A DNA stretch of 64,000 nt from a virus, in IMG/VR virus record IMGVR_UViG_3300045988_149625. One strand, written 5' to 3'. This document shows, piece by piece, positions 57,063 through 64,000 of the stretch (positions are counted from its first letter, which is position 1; each line of letters begins with the position of its first letter). Both the position numbers and the translations under genes were made by a program. The notes under the pieces are model-generated. The model made no database searches and had not been told where the DNA came from. It saw nothing but the letters and a program-made list of their open reading frames with translations.

Positions 57063-57088
57063 CCGTTATGGGGAGTTTTCTTTTTGTT
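57063..57088 (+). terminator. Rho-independent terminator
   Basis: aactcccc gtta tggggagtt followed by ttctttttg. Confidence 0.6.
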
Positions 57089-57108
57089 AAAGATATTGCC
57101 AGCGCGCC

Positions 57109-57152
57109 CAGATTTGGCTTATAAGCGTCTGAAATGTAAAATAGGTATAAAT
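57109..57152 (+). repeat. Conserved 44-bp intergenic element, copy 2
   Basis: cagatttggcttataagcgtctgaaatgtaaaataggtataaat. See copy 1 at 46550. Confidence 0.5.
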
Positions 57153-57316
57153 ATATGCGTAAACGAAAAAAGCTGCTTAGAACGCAAATATGGACGTGTG
57201 ACAAGGTTTTCAATTTTTTTAAAAAATTTGGGGAAAAGTAGTTGACAACTTATGTATGTTATGGTACTATATACATGTAGCAAGGATAGAGCTACAAACA
57301 AAGGAGGTAACAATCA

Positions 57317-57553
57317 ATGGAACAAAATGTAAAAATCTTTATGCAAGATAATTGCACAAAAGCAGAAGCTGAACACTATATCAAGAATGGCAGCGAAGTA
57401 GTCAATGTTGCCGATTGGGAACAGTATGCAAAAGATAATGACGTGCGCAATGAGGATGGCGAATACATCACGCTTGATGATTTGCGTGGGGAAAGAGATA
57501 TTTCCTTTGTCCAATTTGAGGGGCAAGAATACATCTTGTTGTATGTTTTGTAA
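57317..57553 (+). CDS. Hypothetical protein
   Basis: 78-aa ORF after the promoter at 57242. Confidence 0.3.
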   Translation: MEQNVKIFMQDNCTKAEAEHYIKNGSEVVNVADWEQYAKDNDVRNEDGEYITLDDLRGERDISFVQFEGQEYILLYVL

Positions 57554-57565
57554 GGAGGTAATAAA

Positions 57566-57856
57566 ATGTTTGTAACGTGTGAAGAACTGAATAAGAGCTT
57601 GACTGTAAGTGTTCGTTTTTTCAAGGAGGGAAATTGGACACCAGATGAGAGTAACGATTTGCTTTCCGACATGTCTACTTATGACGGAGCGGACATTTCC
57701 GCAGAATATTTTGAAAACTTAAAAGTGTTCTTGGAATCTGAAGAAGATACTCTCCAACGTGGCGGCCGCTCTGATGATTGGTTGAGTAACATGACTTTGG
57801 ATGAACTAGGTTTTGAAGGCATTAATATTGATATTGTAGAAGATGAGCTTGAATAA
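57566..57856 (+). CDS. Hypothetical acidic protein
   Basis: 96-aa ORF. Confidence 0.3.
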   Translation: MFVTCEELNKSLTVSVRFFKEGNWTPDESNDLLSDMSTYDGADISAEYFENLKVFLESEEDTLQRGGRSDDWLSNMTLDELGFEGINIDIVEDELE

Positions 57857-57974
57857 TTTTTCCATAAAACTTCAAAAAGTATTTGACAACTTGCAAGGTA
57901 AATGCTATAATATAATCAAAGAGCAGGGGAAAACAAAATTTCCCCTGCCAAACAAAACAAAGGAGTTGTATAAC

Positions 57975-58373
57975 ATGCAAGTAAACATTGTAAAAACTAT
58001 TGAAAAAATTGAAGGTCTGAAATTTCGTTCTACCTGGCAAAAAGCCGTAAAAGAGGACGCAAGCTGGTTGCTTTGGGAACTCATGGACGGACGCTATGAT
58101 GATATTGTAGAGGATGTTATGACTTTTAAAAACATTGAAGGCTTTGAACGTGCTTTGCGTAACGGCGCTGAAACATGGAAAGACTTCTCTGAAGGCGGCA
58201 GCGCACTTATCTCTGATGAAGATATTGCTAAACATTATTGCACGGCAAGCGAATTGAAAAAGACTCACAACGGCGAAAAAGCTCCAAATAGTAGAGAGAA
58301 CTGGCTTGATGTACAAGCAAGAGCATTTTGGCAAGCTGCTTTACTGGTCAAACAAAATTTAGTAACTGAATAA
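57975..58373 (+). CDS. Hypothetical protein
   Basis: Starts MQVNIVKT after the promoter at 57884. Trimmed from ORF 57843. Confidence 0.3.
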   Translation: MQVNIVKTIEKIEGLKFRSTWQKAVKEDASWLLWELMDGRYDDIVEDVMTFKNIEGFERALRNGAETWKDFSEGGSALISDEDIAKHYCTASELKKTHNGEKAPNSRENWLDVQARAFWQAALLVKQNLVTE

Positions 58374-58549
58374 TCCTAAAGCTCCTCCTTGTTGTGGAGC
58401 TTTTCTTTTTCCGGCGGCAGGATGTTCCACGTGAAACATTAGAAAAAACTTGCAATTTTTATAAAAAAGTGTTGACAAAGTGCGGTAAAGCTGCTATAAT
58501 AAAAGCATAGACAAACAGTCTAATAAATAAGGAAAGAGGTAATTTAACA

Positions 58550-58819
58550 ATGAAAAAAGCAACTGAAATTAAGGAACATTATTTTGAGGTGTTGGCTAAA
58601 GCGCAGCCGTTTATGTGGGGCTTGCCTATGGAGATTGAGCAAAATCTCAAAAAATTTAACGAACAATTTGACAAGCTTGTAGAAAAAGAACTTGCTGCTG
58701 AATGTGAAAGATACTATTGGAAAGATTGGGTACAAGAGGCAAAAACGCTCGCATGGGTACTTAATAGGGACGTATACAAAGATTGTGAAAAACTTTATCA
58801 AGAGAGTCACAAGGAATAA
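58550..58819 (+). CDS. Hypothetical protein
   Basis: 89-aa ORF after the promoter at 58472. Confidence 0.3.
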   Translation: MKKATEIKEHYFEVLAKAQPFMWGLPMEIEQNLKKFNEQFDKLVEKELAAECERYYWKDWVQEAKTLAWVLNRDVYKDCEKLYQESHKE

Positions 58820-58943
58820 AAAATAATGCGCTTACTTTTGTAGGCGCATTTTCTTTTTACCGCAATTTTTGAAAAAAGATGTTGACTTTGCGGAAAAGGT
58901 ATGCTATAATATAGTCAAGTTAAAGTTAGGAGGTAACAAAAGC

Positions 58944-59075
58944 ATGGATGATTATGGTTACGATATTCCAGAACGCTTTAAAGCGGCACTAGAGGAATGG
59001 AAAAGAGATAATCCTGATATTCAGAAGCTTTGTGAAGAGCTTGACAACAAAGTTATTATTAAGGAGGTAATGTAA
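58944..59075 (+). CDS. Hypothetical small protein
   Basis: Starts MDDYGYDIPE after the promoter at 58882. Confidence 0.25.
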   Translation: MDDYGYDIPERFKAALEEWKRDNPDIQKLCEELDNKVIIKEVM

Positions 59076-59076
59076 C

Positions 59077-59427
59077 ATGAAAAAAAGATATTATGTACTT
59101 TGGGACAATGACGAATTGCAAGGCTGTACAGCGGAAAGCAAGGCGGCGGCAATGAAAGCAGCAAGAGCTTATAAACGTGCCTGGTGTACCGCTGATAAGC
59201 CGCTGAAGGCGTTTACAGAGGATGAAGCAATAGCTTACAGAAAACATAAATGCTTGCAAAACATAGCGGACATGAAGGAAAGTTGCAGCTATTGGGACGA
59301 TTTGAAAAAGTACGTTCCGCTGTATGAAAGAGGTTACAAAGTGCTTGAAAAGCTTTTAAAGCATAACCATGATATTGACAAGTCTAATCATTTAATTCTT
59401 GCGATATTATCCAACATGCCAAGGTAA
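59077..59427 (+). CDS. Hypothetical protein, paralogue pair member A
   Basis: MKKRYYVLWDNDELQGCTAESKAAAMKAARAYKR is paralogous to 59551. Confidence 0.35.
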   Translation: MKKRYYVLWDNDELQGCTAESKAAAMKAARAYKRAWCTADKPLKAFTEDEAIAYRKHKCLQNIADMKESCSYWDDLKKYVPLYERGYKVLEKLLKHNHDIDKSNHLILAILSNMPR

Positions 59428-59550
59428 ATTGTTCCCTGCTTCGGCAGGGAATTTTTTTTGTAAAAGGGGAAATTTTTTGCGGAAAAATGTTGACAATGTT
59501 ATGCAGGTATGCTATAATATACTTAACTTAAGGAAAGAAGGTAATAAATC

Positions 59551-59751
59551 GTGAAAGATGAATATTCTGTACTTTGGAAAAACGGAGAATTGCAAGCTTG
59601 TTGGGCAGCAAGCAAAGCTGAAGCACTGAAAATAGCAAGAGCTTATAAAAGAGAATATCATATTGAGTATAATTACCCAATAAAAGCTCTTACATACGCT
59701 GAAGCAACGGAGATTATAAGAGCAAGACTGTTAAATGAAGTTGAAAAATAA
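59551..59751 (+). CDS. Hypothetical protein, paralogue pair member B
   Basis: MKDEYSVLWKNGELQACWAASKAEALKIARAYKR. The upstream terminator, spacer and promoter block is also duplicated. Confidence 0.35.
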   Translation: MKDEYSVLWKNGELQACWAASKAEALKIARAYKREYHIEYNYPIKALTYAEATEIIRARLLNEVEK

Positions 59752-59887
59752 AAATTACCTCCCCCGCTACGGCGGGGGATTTTTTGCAAAAAGGGGAAAT
59801 TTTGCGGGAAAAGTGTTGACATATTAGTACAGTAATGTTATAATATACATGTAGTCGATAAGACAACAATAAAAGGAGGCAATAATT

Positions 59888-60193
59888 ATGGATTATTTAG
59901 AAATCGTATCTTATGAACGCCAATCAAAAGATTGTACAAAAGTTATTCTGAAAATAAACCGTGGGAATGACGAGTTGCTTTTCAGAGTTGAGCATCCGTA
60001 TGTCCCCAGTGCCGCAAAATACTACACTTGTTACGTAGAAAATATTGGTTTTGACAAACAAGTCTATGCTATTGGAGAAAAGTATAAAGAGCACTTCTGT
60101 TCTGGCTATATATATAGTGACCAAAACCATAGGATTCTTGCCGATATAGGAAAAGTGGTGAACCCGTTTATAAGAAAAATTCGCCAATTTTAA
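59888..60193 (+). CDS. Hypothetical protein
   Basis: 101-aa ORF after the promoter at 59816. Confidence 0.3.
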   Translation: MDYLEIVSYERQSKDCTKVILKINRGNDELLFRVEHPYVPSAAKYYTCYVENIGFDKQVYAIGEKYKEHFCSGYIYSDQNHRILADIGKVVNPFIRKIRQF

Positions 60194-60259
60194 GATTAAC
60201 GAGTTGACTTTTTCGCCGCAAAGAGGTATAATAGTAATATCAAAGAGGAGGCAAAAATC

Positions 60260-60475
60260 ATGCAATTAACATTAGAACAACAAAAAGCAAAGCTTGTAGA
60301 TAACTATATGGAGATTTTAAGAATTTTTAGGAAGTTTGAAAGCTTTAATAAGTTTGTTCCGCTGCAGGAACGTGCTTGCAACATCATGCAAAAGGCTTGC
60401 AAGAGTAACCACGATTTGAGTAAACTAAACATAATCTTAGGCGATTATCTTGTAAAAAAATTTAATGCAATGTAG
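60260..60475 (+). CDS. Hypothetical protein
   Basis: 71-aa ORF after the promoter at 60204. Confidence 0.3.
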   Translation: MQLTLEQQKAKLVDNYMEILRIFRKFESFNKFVPLQERACNIMQKACKSNHDLSKLNIILGDYLVKKFNAM

Positions 60476-60480
60476 TAAAT

Positions 60481-60513
60481 TAGAGGGACGCAAGTTGTCC
60501 CTCTTTTATTTTG
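60481..60513 (+). terminator. Rho-independent terminator
   Basis: gagggac gcaagtt gtccctc followed by ttttatttt. Confidence 0.6.
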
Positions 60514-60589
60514 TAAAGAGTGGGACATAAAAAGTCCCTATAAAGCAGCGTAAAAAAGGGGGAAAATGCGGCCGCCAAAAGGGGTAGTA

Positions 60590-62300
60590 GTAATATAGGT
60601 AATATAGTATAGTATATAGTAATAGGTAGTAAATAACAATATCTAAAGTATTCATCAGTTGTTTGATAACAATTACTTATTAATAATAATTATCCATTAG
60701 TAATTTTTCGCAAAAAACTAGTAAAATGGGCGTACACCTTTCACTGAATATTCGCACAATTTGTAACATTTGTTACACTTTTGTCCTAAATAGGAACAAT
60801 TCCTAAAAAATTTCGCATCTTAAAAGCTAGTAGTTTGGGCGTACACCTTTGGTGTATAATAAAATTTAATAAAAAGCATACATTTATACATCATTTATGC
60901 AGTTTTTGCATAAAAGTGGTATTTTACCCCTAGGAAAAGTAGTATAAATTAGCATATTTATACATTCTCTATGTATAATATACAAGATATGTATATAAAC
61001 TGTATAAATAGAAAATTAGCATACAATATAAGAAAATACCAGGGAAAACGGGTAAAAAGCAAGGAAAATGCGGTATAAAGCAGCTATATAGGTATATAGT
61101 ATAGTAATAGCCTTTATAAGTACAGAAATAACCCTCTTTGGCGGCATATTCATCCCCCCTATATAGTAATACCTATGGAAAATAGAACCTTTTTAGGGCG
61201 CATTTCCTGCCCTCTCATGGGTATGATTTAATCTTCTGAATATTTATCTTATCTATTGACTTATATACTACTGTATAGTATAATAGAAATGAATACTCTT
61301 TTGGGGCGGCGATTTCCCTTCCCTTTAGTAGTATATTCCTATATACTATACCTATTGATAATTCTTCCTATTTAGGGCGGCATCCTTCCTACCCCATGTT
61401 GGTAGGTGTAGCGGCGGTGTAATAGGTAGTTACTATTTAATAGTAGTAGTTACTATATAGGCTCTTAAATAGGAAATATTCCTATTTGGGCGGCGTTCCC
61501 TTTAACTACTCGTTCCTTAATAGGAATAGTTACTATTTAAGAGCCTTTTCTACTTAAAAAATTTTCCTTATTAGGAATAATTCTTAATTAGTACGTACTC
61601 CTTATTAAGACATATTCCTTATTAGTAATGGTTACTACGTACACTTCTTTCCTAAATTTATTTTACTCCTTAATAGGACGAGTTCCTACGTACACTTTAT
61701 TCCTTAGTGATAATAATTCTCATTAGTGGGTACACCTAATGAGAATTATTCCTATTTGTACGGTAGTAGCACGTACACTCTATTCCTTATTGTAACTTAT
61801 TCCTATTTGTTGGTTAGAAGGACGTACACCTCTGTTCCCGCCCTTTTCTACCAGGGCGATACTTAATAGGAATAATTCCTACTATGAATATTATGAATTG
61901 TCTAATTATTAGACAATTCTGTTAATATGAATATTCATATTATTTGAATTGTCTGATTAATATGAATAGTCTGATTATAAGAATAGTCTGAAAAATATGA
62001 GTTGCGGGAAAAGTTAAATAATATGAATTATCTGAATATTTTAATAAGAGGGAAAATTTCGAGGATAAAGAATATTCTGATTATTAATAATCTGAATATT
62101 AAGTAAATGAATAGTCTGATAATTAATAATAGTCTGAAATTTTAAATATTATTGAATAGTCTGAATAATATACTATATTCATAAACATATAAATATTCAG
62201 ACTATTTTATGTCTTAATCTTCAGATTATTTAATTTTCAGACGATTTACGCCTCCTGCTAATTATCTGAAAATTCCAATAACTTGCAACGGTGGTAGCTA
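60590..62300. repeat. Repeat-dense non-coding region with three iteron families and palindromes (candidate origin, partition or packaging region)
   Basis: There is no ORF >60 aa. Motif families are: TATAGTA/ACTATATAG low complexity; five TTT(A)GGGCGGC(R)TTTCC boxes (61134-61500); at least 7 (A/G)CGTACAC(C/T)T boxes (60730-61829); at least 10 (G)AATAGTCTGA(T/A) boxes (61945-62270); and a 25-nt perfect palindrome at 61895-61919. Confidence 0.7.
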
Positions 62301-62517
62301 AAATTTGACTATTTGACTTTTTTATATAATAAATATGCCTCTGACACCGCCGTAAATAGCCCTAGAATTAATTTTAAGCGAAATAGGTATAGTTATATCT
62401 AAAAATGCTAAAATAGCATGACGGGGCGTTTACATCGTTCTAAAGGCTATTCCTGCATTTTTGGCAGGATAAAAATAGCCTGCATATGCTATGCAGGGTA
62501 AAACACTTTCCTTCTAT

Positions 62518-62536
62518 TATATATATATATATATAT
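62518..62536. repeat. (TA)9 microsatellite
   Basis: tatatatatatatatatat. Confidence 0.8.
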
Positions 62537-62735
62537 GCCGTTCCTTTTTCCACGCTTGCAGCAGTATCAGTAGGAAATTGTCAGAAAATTACATCTTTTT
62601 AAATTCCCAAAAAAGTTAAAAAATACTATTGAAAATATCCGCAACATCTGCTATACTATATACAGAGGTTGGGAATGAAAGGAGCTCAACCTAATGACCG
62701 AACCTTGATAATTAAATATCGTATCTTAAAAGCAA

Positions 62736-62800
62736 CCTGCCCACGTGGGCAGGCAGGCAACCGCCGAAGAGGTTGCCGTCGACGTGGTGAAGCGTCGCAA
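62736..62800 (+). other. GC-rich island with stacked palindromes in an AT-rich context
   Basis: cctgcccacgtgggcagg is a perfect 18-nt palindrome. ggcaacc-gccgaagag-ggttgcc is a stem-loop. gacg..cgtc forms a further small stem. Confidence 0.5.
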
Positions 62801-62842
62801 TGAGATTGCGCCGTAGACAATTTATATAGGGAGGTAAAAAAC

Positions 62843-63130
62843 ATGAGATTTTACAAAAATATAACACACGAAGTCGTTAAATTGTCTTTGGACAATTTGA
62901 GAGCGTCCCGTTTTTGGGAGGCGCAGGCAATGGAAGCCTACGAAGCGGATTATAATAACCATTATGGTATTAGTTACGCTAGTAGCAAGGCTGAAGCCTT
63001 TAAAAACGTTGCCTATGGTCAATTTAGAATCAGTCAATTAATGCGTAGTGCCTCAAACACACGCATTAAAAGACTGTATAAACAAGCTTTAATTTTGGAA
63101 GAGGAGGCATGGAGAATTGACAATAGATAA
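62843..63130 (+). CDS. Hypothetical protein
   Basis: 95 aa with a GGGAGG RBS. Confidence 0.35.
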   Translation: MRFYKNITHEVVKLSLDNLRASRFWEAQAMEAYEADYNNHYGISYASSKAEAFKNVAYGQFRISQLMRSASNTRIKRLYKQALILEEEAWRIDNR

Positions 63131-63270
63131 AAAAATACAGCTCCTACAAGAGCTGTTAGAGCGTCGCTATCCTGCGGATACATACGATGTATCCGAAAAA
63201 AATAACATTTTCCGCTTGCATGCGGATAAGATTATAAACAAACTTTACAAGTTAGAGGAGGAGTTAAATC

Positions 63271-63651
63271 ATGAATAAGAAAGAACTTACTACTATTGCA
63301 ACAGAGGAACAACGTTTATACCTGCGTATGAAATACACCAAAAAACGTGCAAAGCATTTTTATAACTTTGCCGTTAAACATCGCAAGCAAGGTAATACCC
63401 ATCAAGCTGGGCTTTTTTGGAAGTATTGCAAGGAGGAGTGCATAAATGCGGAAAAAGCCTTCACCGCATGGGAGGCACTCTTCAACCTAAAATCCCTTTT
63501 ACAATTACCCATTGAAAAATATATGCAGGCTGTTGATGAAAAACAGCTTGCAAATGAGAATTGGATATATGACAATTCGTTCGATGACGTGAAAAAAAAC
63601 GTGCCGTTTTCCTTTATTTGGGCGGTCAAAAAAACGGCTAAAATTAATTAA
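63271..63651 (+). CDS. Hypothetical basic protein
   Basis: 126 aa with a GAGGAGG RBS. Confidence 0.35.
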   Translation: MNKKELTTIATEEQRLYLRMKYTKKRAKHFYNFAVKHRKQGNTHQAGLFWKYCKEECINAEKAFTAWEALFNLKSLLQLPIEKYMQAVDEKQLANENWIYDNSFDDVKKNVPFSFIWAVKKTAKIN

Positions 63652-63666
63652 GGGGGGTAAATAAAC

Positions 63667-63894
63667 ATGATTAATTTAAAAGAATTTGTTAACTATTTGG
63701 CAAACAAAAAACCTTTTCAAGCGTCAAATATTTTCGCTTGCCTGAACGAAAAGAGCGAGTATATTGTATACTCATATCAGACAATTATACTCCGTTTGAA
63801 TAGTGCAGGCGAAGTCGAATACTTCGACGGCGGATATTATTCCCGCACTACGTCAAAATTACAGAATAAGATTAAACAAGCGTTTAATCTGTAA
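63667..63894 (+). CDS. Hypothetical protein
   Basis: 75 aa with an AGGGGGG RBS. Confidence 0.3.
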   Translation: MINLKEFVNYLANKKPFQASNIFACLNEKSEYIVYSYQTIILRLNSAGEVEYFDGGYYSRTTSKLQNKIKQAFNL

Positions 63895-63949
63895 AACTAC
63901 ATTCGGGGAGGCAAGAGCCTCCCTGCTTACTAATAGGGGGGATTAATAA

Positions 63950-64000
63950 ATGCGAACAGTCGTAGTTAATAAAGTGCATGCTTATGATGTTGCTTTCGAT
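63950..64000 (+). CDS. Hypothetical protein (3'-partial at window end)
   Basis: atgcgaacagtcgtagtt... with a GGGGGG RBS, running off the window. Confidence 0.25.
   Translation, partial: MRTVVVNKVHAYDVAFD

Noticed and set aside
60590-62300. Possible CRISPR array in the repeat region
   Set aside because: The repeats are short (9-12 bp), degenerate and irregularly spaced, and there are three different families. There is no constant-length repeat-spacer architecture.
63117-63275. TTG-initiated 52-aa ORF between genes 62843 and 63271
   Set aside because: Coding potential is plausible (Glu/Leu-rich helix). It is short, has a non-ATG start and no clear RBS, so it is left uncalled.

Overview
This 64 kb window is a contiguous block of a tailed dsDNA phage or prophage genome with low GC content. 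Every supported gene is on the + strand. Several gene families (SpoVS, XhlA, a BclA-like C-terminal domain, M15 endolysin) point to a spore-forming Firmicute host such as Clostridium or Bacillus; this is an inference.

Gene order:
- 1-11.3 kb: tail module. A 5'-truncated tape measure protein is followed by a lambda-like M/L/K/J tail-tip set and glycine-rich fibre proteins.
- 11.3-16.2 kb: a radical-SAM/SPASM enzyme, then a complete diversity-generating retroelement (DGR). The DGR consists of a 644-aa tail-fibre target with a C-terminal variable region (VR), a template repeat (TR) 216 bp downstream that differs from VR at 23 positions, all TR adenines, and a DGR-type reverse transcriptase. No Avd was found.
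- 16-21 kb: further fibre proteins, low-complexity Q/N-rich proteins, and an XhlA / holin / M15 endolysin lysis cassette.
- 21.7-36.5 kb: replication and recombination. These are an SF2 helicase, DnaC-like loader, DnaB, primase, and a family-A DNA polymerase split by a group-I-like intron that carries an HNH endonuclease. RecA, two Hjc-like nucleases and a Cas4-like nuclease follow.
- 36.5-45.3 kb: SpoVS, plus a 7-deazaguanine DNA-modification cluster. It holds a QueE-like protein lacking its Fe-S cysteines, a ThyX-like gene split by an ORF-less group-I-like intron, QueC, and a DpdA/TGT-like protein. It also holds an RNA-ligase-like gene containing a LAGLIDADG intein.
- 45-60.5 kb: about 40 small early genes, most with their own near-consensus sigma-A promoter (TTGACA-17 bp-TATAAT).
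- 60.5-62.8 kb: a repeat-dense non-coding region with three iteron families, palindromes, and a GC-rich structured island.
- 62.8-64 kb: a few further small genes.
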